From NCBI GenBank assembly GCA_963836235.1, contig CAWIIP010000002.1, forward strand, positions 288,001 through 352,000: a stretch of 64,000 bases of DNA, in the 5' to 3' direction. Positions 9,583 through 20,677 of the stretch are shown piece after piece. The number at the start of each line of letters is the position of its first letter. Position 1 is the first letter of the stretch. The stretch comes from an uncultured Pseudomonadota bacterium (GTDB lineage: Bacteria; Oederibacteriota; Muellerivitia; Muellerivitales; Muellerivitaceae). The notes beneath the pieces were generated by a model. It saw only the letters and a list, made by a program, of their open reading frames with translations. It did not search any database and was not told the DNA's origin. The position numbers were made by a program, and so were the translations under genes.

Positions 9583-11949
9583 TTGACCAATGATAAAAAT
9601 CAGAATCAGGCAGTGAATATTAAAACACTGCTTTTAGTTTCAATGACTAATGGTAAACTCAATTCCGTTGCTTCGCTCCTCCAAACCATTCCACACCGAA
9701 TAGGGACAAGCTCGATGCTTTCCAGCGCACGGCTTAAAAAAATTACTCAAACGATCCAAATACTCTCGTTGATGCTCGCGATTCCCGCTTTCGCCCAAGA
9801 CACCTCTCGCCAAAGCTTTTTCACTACCAGTGACCAGGTGAAACTTCACTATCGGGAAGCCGGCCAGGGAGAAGCGATCCTCTTTCTTCCCGGTTGGCTG
9901 ATGCCGGGGGATATCTGGGAACCGCAATTCCAGGAACTTTCCAAAGACTATCACGTGATCTTGCTGGACCCCCGCTCCCAAGGCCAATCCGACATGACCC
10001 CACTGGGAGATGATCCCTTGCGTCGCTCCAGGGACATACAGGAACTCCTGGAACATCTCCATCTTGATTCGGTGGTCCTGGTGGGCTGGGCATTAGGCGC
10101 CTTCGATGCCCTCGCCTATTTGGACCAGTTTGGAAACGACAAGCTCAACGCCTTGGTCCTGGTCGACAGCCCCCTGGGGGCGCCATCAGCCCCCAGCACC
10201 CAACGCAGCCCATTCCTTCGAGGTTTTCAACTCGACCGGCAAAACTCCAATCGAAATTATGTTTGGGGCCTGTTCAAAAAACACGCTACGGCAAGTTTTT
10301 ACAGGAAATTGATCCAGTCGGCGGCCCTCGTTCCAACTAATATCGCCTTAGCCGCCTTGAACAACACCATACCGGGGGATAACTGGCAGCCCAGCCCAAG
10401 GGCGCTTCGCCAGATACCCTTGCTTTACGCCATCACCCCGAAATTCGCCGCGCAAGCCGCTTACCTCCAGCAGGTGGATCCCCAGGCAAAGGTTGAAACT
10501 TTCGACCATTCGGGCCATGCCTTGTTCGTGGATGAACCGGAACACTTCAACGCCATGATCAGGGATTTCATGCATCAGGCTTCCCTTTATCCGGCGGGCT
10601 TGCCCTCGGTTCACATCCGCGTGGCTTCACCGGGCCTCGCCTTAACACCCAATCCTGTGCCCACATCGCTCCCCTTGGCCACCTTCACCCCCCTGCCAGT
10701 CGCTCCCCTATCCCCGACGCCGGTCCCCGAAATGGCTTCCCCGACTCCACCCGATTCAGCTACTCCGACCTTGTTGGTCGTGGTGATCCCATTGTCGTCA
10801 CCATCGCCCATCTTGAGCCCAACCGCTTCGCCGTCTCCTATAATGTCTCCAACCCCGCCAATAGCTGTGACTTCCCTCGAATCCCAAATGGTTTCAGTCG
10901 AGGCAACTCCTACAACTACGACTTCATTTACTACTAAACTGGCACAAACTTGGGCGGCATTCATGCACAAATCAACCGAGCCGACCCCAAATGAAGAACC
11001 CTCGCCAACACCCCATCCACGTCACAAAGCCTCGACGGAAACCACAAGTGAGAATCCAATCCAAGACGGCTTTTTCACCACTAGCGACCACATCAAGCTC
11101 CACTACCTGGAAGCGGGCCAAGGCCAGGCCCTGGTTTTTATCCCCGGCTGGCTTTTGCCCGCCGATATTTGGAAATTTCAGCTTGAGGGACTTTCCCAGG
11201 ATTTCCATGTCATAGCCCTAGACCCCCGGTCCCAGGGCGAATCCGATATCACTCCTCTCGGGGATGAACCCCTGCGCCAAGCCAGGGACATCCAGGAATT
11301 GCTGGACCATCTTCAACTGACTTCCGTCGTCCTGGTGGGTTGGTCCCACGGCGGCTTTCAGGTCCTGGCTTATATGGGGGAATTCGGCACCGACCGCCTC
11401 TACGCCGCGGTTCTGGTGGATTCGGCGCTGGGGGCCGCTTCCAACCCCGCCACCTCGGCCTCCCAGGCCCGCTTCCTGGAACAGTTCAAAACCGACCGGC
11501 CAAAGGCCGTCCGCAGCTTTGTCTGGGGTTTATTCAAGAAATCCCCGCCGGGGGATTTCTTAAAGAAGCTCGACGACGAGGCGGTTAAACCACCCACCGA
11601 TATCGCCCTGGCCTTGATGAACAACGCCTTCCCGGGCGAAAGGTGGCAGCCCAGCCTTAAGATTATGAATCAGGTACCCTTGCTTTATGCGGTCACTCCC
11701 AAATATACCTCTCAGGCCACCTACTTGACGCAGGTGGACCCCCTGGCCCGTGTTGAATTTTTTCAAAATTCCGGCCATGCCTTATTCGTGGACGAATCGG
11801 ATCATTTCAACGACGTGATGAGGGATTTCCTGAAGCACGCCGCCCTATATCCGGCGGGTCTGCCCGAACCCCAACACAAACAAGCGGGTCCGCTTCACCC
11901 GGCCACTCGACCAGCAGCGGTTGGGGGCCCGTCCCCAGCGAATCCTTAA
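9583..11949 (+). CDS. Tandem double alpha/beta hydrolase with Pro/Thr-rich linker (true start probably ~9715)
   Basis: Two near-duplicate domains (FFTTSD..KLHY..LDPRSQG..SGHALFVDE) joined by a P/T/S linker. Confidence 0.85.
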   Translation: MTNDKNQNQAVNIKTLLLVSMTNGKLNSVASLLQTIPHRIGTSSMLSSARLKKITQTIQILSLMLAIPAFAQDTSRQSFFTTSDQVKLHYREAGQGEAILFLPGWLMPGDIWEPQFQELSKDYHVILLDPRSQGQSDMTPLGDDPLRRSRDIQELLEHLHLDSVVLVGWALGAFDALAYLDQFGNDKLNALVLVDSPLGAPSAPSTQRSPFLRGFQLDRQNSNRNYVWGLFKKHATASFYRKLIQSAALVPTNIALAALNNTIPGDNWQPSPRALRQIPLLYAITPKFAAQAAYLQQVDPQAKVETFDHSGHALFVDEPEHFNAMIRDFMHQASLYPAGLPSVHIRVASPGLALTPNPVPTSLPLATFTPLPVAPLSPTPVPEMASPTPPDSATPTLLVVVIPLSSPSPILSPTASPSPIMSPTPPIAVTSLESQMVSVEATPTTTTSFTTKLAQTWAAFMHKSTEPTPNEEPSPTPHPRHKASTETTSENPIQDGFFTTSDHIKLHYLEAGQGQALVFIPGWLLPADIWKFQLEGLSQDFHVIALDPRSQGESDITPLGDEPLRQARDIQELLDHLQLTSVVLVGWSHGGFQVLAYMGEFGTDRLYAAVLVDSALGAASNPATSASQARFLEQFKTDRPKAVRSFVWGLFKKSPPGDFLKKLDDEAVKPPTDIALALMNNAFPGERWQPSLKIMNQVPLLYAVTPKYTSQATYLTQVDPLARVEFFQNSGHALFVDESDHFNDVMRDFLKHAALYPAGLPEPQHKQAGPLHPATRPAAVGGPSPANP

Positions 11950-11963
11950 GGGAGGATAGATAA

Positions 11964-14477
11964 ATGCCAACCGCAAGTCCCGAGGGCCGTTACCAGCTTT
12001 CCAAGCCGAACACCCAGTTGCTGGTGGCTCTTTTCGCCGTTTCCGCGGCCAGTATCGGTTTTGAGATTATGCTCACCCGTTACTTCGCCATTGCCAGCTG
12101 GTCCGAATACGGCTATTGGGTTATTTCCATTGCCATGGCCGGCTACTCCGCCAGCGGGGTCGCCCTAAGCCTTTTCAAGGATTTCTTTTTCCGACGGGCC
12201 CACCGCTTTCTTTTCTTCATCCCCCTTTTATTGCCGCCCCTAGCCTGCCTAGGCTATTACCTGGTAACCCTGAACCCATTCAACCCCCTGGAACTGCAGG
12301 ACACAAACCTTTGGATGGACCAGTTCCAAAACATCGCCAAATACTACGGCGCCCTTTTCCCGGTCTTCTTTTTGTCGGGCCTCTATATCAGCTTGAGTTT
12401 CCTGGCTCTGACCAATGAAAAAATTGGGGCGGTTTACGCCGCCGACCTAGTGGGCGCCGGTTTCGGGGCCCTGGCCCTATTGGTGGCCATGTTCTGGATC
12501 AATCCCTTTTACCTGCTTTGTGCACTGATTCCCTTTTGGACGCTGGCCGCCCTGGCGGCCCAATACCGGGCCCGGTTCCAAGCTAAGGCCTGGAAATGGT
12601 CGGTCGCGGTTCTGCTGGTTTTCCTGATGAGCGAGGCGGCCGCTGTAAAATTCAACAAGTCCCACTTTTGCCAATACAAGATGATTACCCCCGCCTTGAA
12701 CGTGTCGGACGCCCATGTGAAACAGCGAGTCTTCTCACCCTGGGGTTATTACATGCTTTTGGATAACTTTACCGAACGCCTCGACATCGACCTTTCCAAC
12801 AATTACGTCCTCTTGAAGGTGGACGGGCCGCCCCTGGCCTACGGCCTCTACCTGGACGGCAACCGGATAGGATCATTCCCCAAAAGCTCCAAGACCGATC
12901 TTTCCTATGTCAAGGGCAGTTTGGATATCTTTCCCTATATCCTCAAACCGAACAGCCGTGCGCTCTTGATCGGCACTCGGGGTGGTTTTCGAATCGGCGA
13001 AGCCCTGGCCTATAAGACCTCCGAACTCGTGGCCTTAGAAAGCGACCCTAATATCCTGGCCCTGATGCGGGGCACCTTGGCCCACAATGAGGGCCCCTGG
13101 CTCAAAAACCCGAGTGTCACCCTGCTGCGCCAGGCCCCCGAATCCTATTTGGCGGGGTCAAAAAAAGGCTTCGACATCATCGACCTCTCCTCCGAGTTTC
13201 TGGGGCAGGCCGATGCCAACAAATACGCCTACACGCGCCAAGCCTTGCAGGGTTACTTCAAGGCCTTAAACCCCGGCGGTCTAGTCTCCCTGCCGGTCAG
13301 TACCCGTGAATTCACGGTCTATGCTCTCAAGCTTCTGGAAACCGCCCGGGAAGCCCTGCAAGACCTCGGCATCCAGGACCCCGCTTCCCACTTGGTTCTC
13401 TACCGTTCCTCCTGGAATGTTCGGCTCCTGATATCCAAGGACCCTTGGACACCAGACCAACTGGCTTCCCTCAAATCCTTCTGCGATAGCCGTTCTTTCG
13501 ACATTTCTTACTATCCCGGCATTAAGCCCGGTGAATTGGAAATCTTCAACGATCTCCCTCCCACCGTCTGGGCGGGGGCGAACGACCAGGTGGCAGCGCC
13601 TGAGGAGACCAGCGATTCCCTGATGGACGACAGCATCAAACTTCTCTCCGGCCAGGGCCCAGATTTCCTGAAATCCCAATTCTTCAACCTGGAGCCCTCC
13701 ACCCAGGACAGGCCCTTCTTTTTCTCCATCCTGCGCCCTTCCCACTTACGGGAAATCCTCAATAACCTCTCCCAGATTCCCCGGGAAGAAATCGGTTATC
13801 TCATCAACCTAGCCGTTTTGGCCCAATCCCTGCTTTGGGCCCTGCTGGTCTTGGCCCTGCCTTTACTGGGGCGTGCCCGCAGCGCGGTACCCTTACCGCA
13901 ACTGGGAAAGACCTTGGTTTATTTTTCCTGTTTGGGGCTGGGTTTTCTTTTTATTGAAATTGTGTTGATTGAAAAAGGGGCTTATTTCCTGGGCGACCGC
14001 ACCCTTTCCTTTTCACTGGTTCTCTCGGCAATGCTGATTTTTTCAGGCTTGGGGAGCTGGTTTTCCGGCAGCTTCCTGCGCCGCCCCCAGGACGGCCTGC
14101 GTCCCGCTGGCATAGCCCTGGTCGTCTGGTTTCTCTTGAGCCTGGGCGCGCTGGATGGGGTGTTGGGAGCCCTGCTTTCCTGGCCGCTCCCGGCAAAGTG
14201 TATCTTCCTGGGAGGCTGGGCCGCCTTGGCTTCCGTTCCCCTGGGCTTTTTCTTTCCCTTAGGCTTAAGCCGTCTGCCCCGGGAAAGCAGTTTGATTCCT
14301 TGGGCCTGGGCCTTGAACGGCGCCTTCTCCGTGGTAGCCACTCCCCTGGCTAACCTACTGGCCATTGCCGAGGGTTACCGCCCGCTGATTTTATTGAGCC
14401 TGGCCCTCTATGGGCTGGCTTACCTGGCTTTTCCAGCGGGTCCTTCAAAACCCGAGAATTCGGGGAGGCGCCCATGA
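11964..14477 (+). CDS. Polytopic membrane protein with central spermidine synthase-like SAM-binding domain
   Basis: N-terminal TMs with YAADLVGAGFG, central LLIGTRGG / FDIIDL, C-terminal TMs with PWAWALNGAFSV. Confidence 0.8.
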   Translation: MPTASPEGRYQLSKPNTQLLVALFAVSAASIGFEIMLTRYFAIASWSEYGYWVISIAMAGYSASGVALSLFKDFFFRRAHRFLFFIPLLLPPLACLGYYLVTLNPFNPLELQDTNLWMDQFQNIAKYYGALFPVFFLSGLYISLSFLALTNEKIGAVYAADLVGAGFGALALLVAMFWINPFYLLCALIPFWTLAALAAQYRARFQAKAWKWSVAVLLVFLMSEAAAVKFNKSHFCQYKMITPALNVSDAHVKQRVFSPWGYYMLLDNFTERLDIDLSNNYVLLKVDGPPLAYGLYLDGNRIGSFPKSSKTDLSYVKGSLDIFPYILKPNSRALLIGTRGGFRIGEALAYKTSELVALESDPNILALMRGTLAHNEGPWLKNPSVTLLRQAPESYLAGSKKGFDIIDLSSEFLGQADANKYAYTRQALQGYFKALNPGGLVSLPVSTREFTVYALKLLETAREALQDLGIQDPASHLVLYRSSWNVRLLISKDPWTPDQLASLKSFCDSRSFDISYYPGIKPGELEIFNDLPPTVWAGANDQVAAPEETSDSLMDDSIKLLSGQGPDFLKSQFFNLEPSTQDRPFFFSILRPSHLREILNNLSQIPREEIGYLINLAVLAQSLLWALLVLALPLLGRARSAVPLPQLGKTLVYFSCLGLGFLFIEIVLIEKGAYFLGDRTLSFSLVLSAMLIFSGLGSWFSGSFLRRPQDGLRPAGIALVVWFLLSLGALDGVLGALLSWPLPAKCIFLGGWAALASVPLGFFFPLGLSRLPRESSLIPWAWALNGAFSVVATPLANLLAIAEGYRPLILLSLALYGLAYLAFPAGPSKPENSGRRP

Positions 14478-15457
14478 ACCGGATTATGCGCTTGCTTCTG
14501 ATCTTGGCCTTCCTGCTTCTCCCGACCTGGCACTTGGCGGCGCAAGAAACACCGACCGACAAGCCAACGGAGGCGCCCGCCGACAAAAGCGCCGATAAAA
14601 CCACCCCCAACAAGGGAAAGAGCGACCAGGGATGGACCTATAAAAAATTCCTCAAGGTTTTCAAGAAAAGCGGCCGAACAACCGATCTAACAGCCAAGGA
14701 ATTTGCCAGGCTCCAGGACCGCAAACTGGCGATGTTGAAGGATATCCACCGCTACCTGGACCGGAAATTCGGCTGGGCCGATCCACGCTTGATGAAGGCC
14801 TTTGAGGACCTGCCTCGCGAGTATTACCATTACGATTATCAGGGAGGGGTCGACCTATCGAAATTCGCCTATGAGTATCCGCCCCGCACCTGGGGCCTGG
14901 GTTGGGGCTCGGCCTTGAGCGACTACGAAGGACAGGCCTACATGGCCCAATTGGCCCATCCCGGGCCCAAGAGCAAGGTATTGGAAATCGGTACCGGCAG
15001 CGGCTACAACATCTCCCTGCTTTCCCGCGTGGCCAAGGACGCCTATTCCATCGAGATCATCAGTCCCCTGGGCCGAGCAGTGTCCCATATCTTCAAACCT
15101 TTGGGCTACACCAACATTCACACCCGGGTAGGCGACGGTTATTACGGCTGGAAAGAAGCCGGGCCCTTCGACATCATTATGTTCACCTGCGTGGCCCAGT
15201 TCGTGCCACAGCCCCTCTTTAAACAGCTCAAGCCCGGCGGCCGGATCATTATTCCGATCGGCCAGCCTTTCAAGCATAACCAGGTGCTCTACGTCTATCG
15301 CATGGACCAGCGGGGCCGGGTCCACTCCAAGAAATATATCCCCGTCTATTTCATCCCGATGAAAGGAACGATGGGGGCCGCCGCCGCGCAGATAGGCATT
15401 TCCCTTCCGGGTGGCGAAAAATTGGCCAAGCATTCCAAGGCTAAACCCACACCCTAA
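14474..15457 (+). CDS. pcm: Protein-L-isoaspartate O-methyltransferase-like protein with signal peptide
   Basis: VLEIGTGSGY, GDGYYGWKEAGPFD, QLKPGGRIIIPIG; ATGA overlap with the upstream gene. Confidence 0.85.
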   Translation: MNRIMRLLLILAFLLLPTWHLAAQETPTDKPTEAPADKSADKTTPNKGKSDQGWTYKKFLKVFKKSGRTTDLTAKEFARLQDRKLAMLKDIHRYLDRKFGWADPRLMKAFEDLPREYYHYDYQGGVDLSKFAYEYPPRTWGLGWGSALSDYEGQAYMAQLAHPGPKSKVLEIGTGSGYNISLLSRVAKDAYSIEIISPLGRAVSHIFKPLGYTNIHTRVGDGYYGWKEAGPFDIIMFTCVAQFVPQPLFKQLKPGGRIIIPIGQPFKHNQVLYVYRMDQRGRVHSKKYIPVYFIPMKGTMGAAAAQIGISLPGGEKLAKHSKAKPTP

Positions 15458-15513
15458 TGGACCGCTTCCCCGGAAAATAGCCTGTCACGCCTTCATCAGA
15501 AAATCCGGATAAC

Positions 15514-15552
15514 AAAAAGCCCCGCCCACATTTCCATGGGCAGGGCTTTTTT
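15514..15552. terminator. Bidirectional intrinsic terminator
   Basis: AAAAAGCCCCGCCCA..TGGGCAGGGCTTTTTT between convergent genes. Confidence 0.8.
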
Positions 15553-15576
15553 ATTTAAACTGATTTTTAAAAAGAC

Positions 15577-16176
15577 TTACTTCTTGTCATCTCCAGCGGC
15601 AGGGGTGCTTTTGGCATCCGCATCAGACTTGGACCCGCCATCCATCTTGTCCAGCCGGGGCTGCAGGGCTTGAAGGTTTCCTTCCGCCTTGGCTGAGCTG
15701 GCATTGGCCGCCTTGGCCGCGTCAATGGACTTCTGGTAGGCGTCTTTCGCCTTTTCGAGATCGCCGGTCAACTCATAGGCGCTACCCAAGTTGTTCCAAG
15801 CCACATAGTTGCTGTCGTCAGTGGTCGTGGCCTTTTCCAACAGCGGCACGGCTTTGTCGGGAACCGGCGTGGCGGCAGTCAGGTAGGCATGGGCTTCGTT
15901 ATTAAGCCTCCAAGCCTCCATGTTCTTCGATTTCAGCACGCCGATTTTTTCATAGGCCGCGATGGCCTCGTCGGTCTTGCCGGCCGCCGCCAAATCATTG
16001 GCCGCCACCATGGCGGTATAGGCCGGGCTTTGGTGTTTGGCGGGCTTGGCCGCGGCAGTCGTGTCCGTGGCAGGCGCGGCAGCAGCCGTAGGGGTTGCGT
16101 TATCCGCCCAAGAACTTCCAACTGACGCTAACAACCCGGCCGCGAAAAACAAAAAGGTACGCTTGTACTGCATCAT
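15577..16176 (-). CDS. Exported TPR protein
   Basis: Signal peptide; AWNNLGSAYELTGDLEKAKDAYQKSI TPR motif; RBS GGAGG. Confidence 0.8.
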   Translation of the reverse strand: MMQYKRTFLFFAAGLLASVGSSWADNATPTAAAAPATDTTAAAKPAKHQSPAYTAMVAANDLAAAGKTDEAIAAYEKIGVLKSKNMEAWRLNNEAHAYLTAATPVPDKAVPLLEKATTTDDSNYVAWNNLGSAYELTGDLEKAKDAYQKSIDAAKAANASSAKAEGNLQALQPRLDKMDGGSKSDADAKSTPAAGDDKK

Positions 16177-16476
16177 GGCATCCTCCTAAAAAAAATTAAA
16201 ATAATGGTGGGACACGAAACGGAAGCGTCTCGTTCACAACCCGAATAAAGCCTAAAGTATTTTGAAATTTTATTCTAACCACTTTTAAAGTCGAGAAAAT
16301 TCATTTCTTAAGCCCTCAAGTTGGACCTGTTTAAGGCTGCTTGTCCAAACTGCTTGCGGGTTTCACGACTAACCATCTCGAAACAAAAATCAATTTTCTA
16401 TCGATTGCTCCATCCTTTCCACTGATGAATAATTAGTTTTTTTTAGGGAGATAAAAAATTTCTATGGACAAAAGGC

Positions 16477-18348
16477 TTAGGCCCTTGGGTTTTGGGCCAT
16501 TTGCTCAAGAATTTGTTTGGCGGAACTCTTGGCCGTCTGTTTCTCGGATTTCATGCGATGTTCGTTATTTAAAATCTTTTTGCGCATGCGAAGATTCAGG
16601 GGTGTGACTTCAAGCAATTCATCGTCCTGAATATATTCCAGGCATTGCTCCAGGGAGAAAATGGTGGGGGGTTCCATGGTGAGCGCCTCGTCGGAAGACT
16701 TACTCCTCATATTGCTCAAATGCTTGGTCTTGCAGGGATTGACCGCGATGTCGTTTTCACGGGTGTGTTCCCCCACGATCATTCCCTCGTAAACCTCCAA
16801 GCGGGAATTGATGAAAAATTTACCCCGGTCAGCCAATTGGAACATGCCGTAAGCCGCGGTAACGCCGGCCTCAAAAGCCACCAGCACGCCCCGGCTCCTC
16901 CCACCAATATCGCCCTTAAACTCACCATATCCGGCGAAAACATGGTGAAGGACGCCCTCACCCTTGGTGTCGGTCATGAACTCGGTGCGAAAGCCCAGTA
17001 AACAACGGGCCGGAATTAAAAACTCGATGCGGGTGGTCACTTCCGAAAGTGGAGTCATGTTTTTCATCTCGCCTTTTCGGGCTCCTAATTTTTCCATGGC
17101 AATGCCCACGCAATTGTTGGGAACGTCGACGATGAGATTCTCGTAGGGCTCCTGTAATTTCCCATCCACCATTTTGAAAATAACTTGGGGGCGGGATACC
17201 TGAAATTCGAATCCTTCGCGCCGCATGGTCTCGATCAAAATTCCCAAATGCAATTCACCCCGGCCCGCGACTTTATAAGCATCGGGGCTTTCGGTATCGC
17301 TGATTTTCAAGGTTGGGTTAGCTTCCGCTTCTTTATATAAGCGGTCTCTCAAATGCCGCGACGTCACGAATTTCCCTTCCTTCCCGGCGAAGGGGCTGTT
17401 GTTGACGGAAAAAACCATGGACATGGTGGGTTCATCGATCGCGATAGCGGGCAGTGCCTCGGGCGCCAAAACTGAGGCCACGGTTTCTCCGATTTGAACA
17501 TCTTCCAATCCGGCCAGAAGGATGATATCTCCCGCCATGGCTTCCGGACACTCAACCTGCTTGATCCCGTTGTAGGTAAAAAGCTTCGTGGCGTTGCTGT
17601 TGACCTTGCGGCCGTCCAGCTTGATGAGGGTAATGGGATCGTTCAACTTGATCTTTCCCCTTTTGACGCGTCCAACAGCCATACGGCCAAGGTACTCATT
17701 ATAGGAAGTGGTCGTGACCAACATTTGAAAAGGTGATTCCAAGTCGACTTCAACGGGTTTAAAGTGGTTCACAATGGTTTCGAAAAGAGGTGTCAAATCG
17801 GCACCCGATTTTTCCAAATCCAGGGTGGCTTTTCCTTCGCGCGCAATAGCGTAAACCACGGGGTAACCGATCTGGTGTTCATTGGCCCCTAAGGCGATGA
17901 ACAGATCCAGGACCGCGTCCACCACTTCGTGGGGCCGGGCGTCCTTCCGGTCAATCTTATTGATGACCACAATGGCGTCCAGGTTTTGCTCCAGGCTCTT
18001 GCGAAGAACGAATTTGGTCTGGGGCAAGGGGCCTTCCGCCGCGTCCACTAGAAGGAGGACACCGTCCACCATGGATAGGATACGCTCCACTTCCCCGCCG
18101 AAATCGGCGTGGCCCGGCGTGTCAACGATGTTGATGCGGGTGCCGTTCCAAATGACCGAGGCGTTTTTGGAGAAAATGGTGATGCCGCGTTCTTTTTCCA
18201 GGTCATTGGAATCCATGACCCGTTCTTCCATGTGTTCATTCGCACGGAAAACACCCGATTGTCGGAACAGAGCATCCACCAGGGTGGTTTTGCCATGGTC
18301 AACGTGGGCAATAATGGCGATATTGCGTAAATCATTTCGAAGCGTCAT
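16477..18348 (-). CDS. typA: Translational GTPase TypA/BipA
   Basis: [41 protein letters not shown]-terminus. Confidence 0.97.
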   Translation of the reverse strand: MTLRNDLRNIAIIAHVDHGKTTLVDALFRQSGVFRANEHMEERVMDSNDLEKERGITIFSKNASVIWNGTRINIVDTPGHADFGGEVERILSMVDGVLLLVDAAEGPLPQTKFVLRKSLEQNLDAIVVINKIDRKDARPHEVVDAVLDLFIALGANEHQIGYPVVYAIAREGKATLDLEKSGADLTPLFETIVNHFKPVEVDLESPFQMLVTTTSYNEYLGRMAVGRVKRGKIKLNDPITLIKLDGRKVNSNATKLFTYNGIKQVECPEAMAGDIILLAGLEDVQIGETVASVLAPEALPAIAIDEPTMSMVFSVNNSPFAGKEGKFVTSRHLRDRLYKEAEANPTLKISDTESPDAYKVAGRGELHLGILIETMRREGFEFQVSRPQVIFKMVDGKLQEPYENLIVDVPNNCVGIAMEKLGARKGEMKNMTPLSEVTTRIEFLIPARCLLGFRTEFMTDTKGEGVLHHVFAGYGEFKGDIGGRSRGVLVAFEAGVTAAYGMFQLADRGKFFINSRLEVYEGMIVGEHTRENDIAVNPCKTKHLSNMRSKSSDEALTMEPPTIFSLEQCLEYIQDDELLEVTPLNLRMRKKILNNEHRMKSEKQTAKSSAKQILEQMAQNPRA

Positions 18349-18411
18349 TTCAACCTCGGTCTAAAAATAAGAAGCCGGCGGGCATAAGCCAACCGGCTTC
18401 AGGGAGGCGAG

Positions 18412-18439
18412 AGTATACCCAAAAGGGCGGGCAAATCAA
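18412..18439 (-). promoter_or_regulatory. Putative sigma70 promoter of typA
   Basis: TTGATT-N16-TATACT on the minus strand, followed by a leader hairpin. Confidence 0.5.
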
Positions 18440-18469
18440 AGGATTTATGAAAGTTGGAATGTTTAAAGG

Positions 18470-19282
18470 CTAGGTGGAAACACTCTTCAAAAAGGGAACC
18501 AATACCTTTAGAAATCCCTCGGAATTATCGCGAAAGACGGCGTGCTCGGCCTTTTCCACTACGACAAACCGCCCCTGGGGGATCAACTCTTTGATTTTCT
18601 CCGCTTCCTGGGGTGAAACATAATTACTATCGCCGCCTTTAATAAAAAGAATAGGGCACTTCACCTTGGCCAGCCAGTCATAAGTTTCTTTTTCCCGCCC
18701 CAGCTTTTGGGTTTTCCAGGCCGCCGCGGGAGAAAAATTCCAGTCCCATTCCCCGCTGTCTTTCTTCCAGAATTGGCCTTTGTAATAAACAATGTGCCTT
18801 TCGTCTCCTGAAAACTTCTTTTTCAGGAACTTATCCAAAGTTGGTTCATCGGCAAAGGGGGTGGGATATTCAGTATAACGGGTGAGGTATTTCTTCCAGC
18901 TTTCCAAATCCGCCGTTAAGGTCTGGTCCACGATCGTCAAAGTCTGGGCCCTTTCCGGATAAAGGACGGAAAAAACCATGGCGTTGCGTCCACCGGTGGA
19001 ATGGCCAACCACCTGGACTTTAGCGTGACCCAATGCCACGGCCCAGGCCTCGACATCGGACGCATGGTCTTCAGGACCATACCCTTCTTCCGGCTTGTCA
19101 CTTTGGCCATGTCCCCTCATGTCGAAGACGAAAACATGGAACCCAATCTTGGCCAGCATGTCAGGGATGCTCCCCCAATCCTGCGCCTTGGCGGTCAAAC
19201 CATGGAGCAGGTAGACCACTGGTCCCGAAGAACGATATTCCAAGTAAAAAAATTTCCCACGATCGGTTTGGACAAAAGGCAT
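18470..19282 (-). CDS. Alpha/beta fold hydrolase
   Basis: LLHGL, DMRGHGQS, GHSTGG, AEHAVF. Confidence 0.9.
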   Translation of the reverse strand: MPFVQTDRGKFFYLEYRSSGPVVYLLHGLTAKAQDWGSIPDMLAKIGFHVFVFDMRGHGQSDKPEEGYGPEDHASDVEAWAVALGHAKVQVVGHSTGGRNAMVFSVLYPERAQTLTIVDQTLTADLESWKKYLTRYTEYPTPFADEPTLDKFLKKKFSGDERHIVYYKGQFWKKDSGEWDWNFSPAAAWKTQKLGREKETYDWLAKVKCPILFIKGGDSNYVSPQEAEKIKELIPQGRFVVVEKAEHAVFRDNSEGFLKVLVPFLKSVST

Positions 19283-19376
19283 TGGACTCCTTTAGGTAAT
19301 TAATCTTTGCATTTTAACTCTGGACTGGCTTTACCCGCTTTTTATTTCGACTTTTGGCCGATACAATGCGGTTCCA

Positions 19377-20630
19377 ATGCCCGCGAAAACCTTGCAAAAA
19401 AAACATAACCCTTATGCCGCCTTCCGATACGCAAATTACCGTTATTACACTCTTGGTAATTTCCTCTCGGTCATAGGCCAGCAAATGCTGCGGCTTGCGG
19501 TCGGTTATAAAATTTATCACCAAACCCACTCTTTTTTGGCCTTAGGTCTGGTGGGCCTTTTCATTTGGATCCCCATCTTCTTTTTCATGCTGCCGGGTGG
19601 AGGTGTAGCCGACCGTTTCAACCGAAAATACATTGTTCTCATTTGCAACTTGCTTTACGCCCTATGCGCAACCGGGCTGGCCCTAGCGCCCCTCAGTTCG
19701 AACCCTATCCCTTTAATGTATGTCTTTCTTTTTCTCACCGGCCTGAATAGGGCCTTTTGTGATCCAGCCCGGCAAGCCCTCTTGCCCCAGTTGGTGCCAA
19801 AAAAGGACTTTACCAATGCCATTACTTGGAACAGCAGTATATTCCAGATAGCTTCGGTCACCGGACCCGCCATTGGAGGAATACTCTATGCCGTCATAGG
19901 TTATTCAAGGGTTTGTGGTTTGGAAGTGCTCTTGGAACTCATCTTTTTTGCCAATGTGCTGGCCATTCGTCAGGCCCCATTAAATTTCAAACGCGAACCT
20001 GTCACGTTGCAATCGCTTCTCACGGGTCTTCGATTCGTTCGTCAAAACAAATTGATTCTCGCCACTATTACAATGGATCTTTTCGCGGTTCTGTTAGGTG
20101 GGTCGGTGGCTATGTTGCCCGCCTTTGCCGATGATGTGTTGCATTGCGGACCGGTGGGTTTAGGCTGGCTTCAGTCCGCCCCATCCTTAGGAGCCTTTCT
20201 GGTAACTATGTTCATAACCCACCTTCCCCCCATGAAAAAAGCTGGCCGAGTCCTGCTTTGGGCGGTGGCTGGATTTGGTGCCGCTACGATCGTTTTTGGA
20301 ATGTCCCACTCTTTTTGGCTGTCCTTCTTGATGATGCTGCTGACGGGGGCGTTGGACCTCATCAGCGTGATCGTGAGGGGAACCCTTGTCCAAGTATTGA
20401 CTCCCGATTCGATGCGGGGCCGGGTAAATGCGGTAAGCTATATTTTTATCCATTCATCAAACGAACTTGGAGGGTTTGAATCCGGTTCGGCTGCAGCTCT
20501 TGTAGGCCTGGTCCCTTCAGTGGTTTTGGGAGGTTTGGGAAGTGTTTTGGTTGTCCTGGCCGTTACTCGAATTTGGCCTCAAGTGGCACAGCTGGGATCA
20601 CTGCAGAATCCCTTGAGAGATTCCGCTTAA
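19377..20630 (+). CDS. MFS transporter (DHA3/EntS-like)
   Basis: About 12 TMs, GGVADRFNRK motif A, TPDSMRGRV. Confidence 0.9.
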   Translation: MPAKTLQKKHNPYAAFRYANYRYYTLGNFLSVIGQQMLRLAVGYKIYHQTHSFLALGLVGLFIWIPIFFFMLPGGGVADRFNRKYIVLICNLLYALCATGLALAPLSSNPIPLMYVFLFLTGLNRAFCDPARQALLPQLVPKKDFTNAITWNSSIFQIASVTGPAIGGILYAVIGYSRVCGLEVLLELIFFANVLAIRQAPLNFKREPVTLQSLLTGLRFVRQNKLILATITMDLFAVLLGGSVAMLPAFADDVLHCGPVGLGWLQSAPSLGAFLVTMFITHLPPMKKAGRVLLWAVAGFGAATIVFGMSHSFWLSFLMMLLTGALDLISVIVRGTLVQVLTPDSMRGRVNAVSYIFIHSSNELGGFESGSAAALVGLVPSVVLGGLGSVLVVLAVTRIWPQVAQLGSLQNPLRDSA

Positions 20631-20677
20631 CCGCAAATCATCGAAGTTCTTGGAAAATACTTGATTACAAAAAATAT

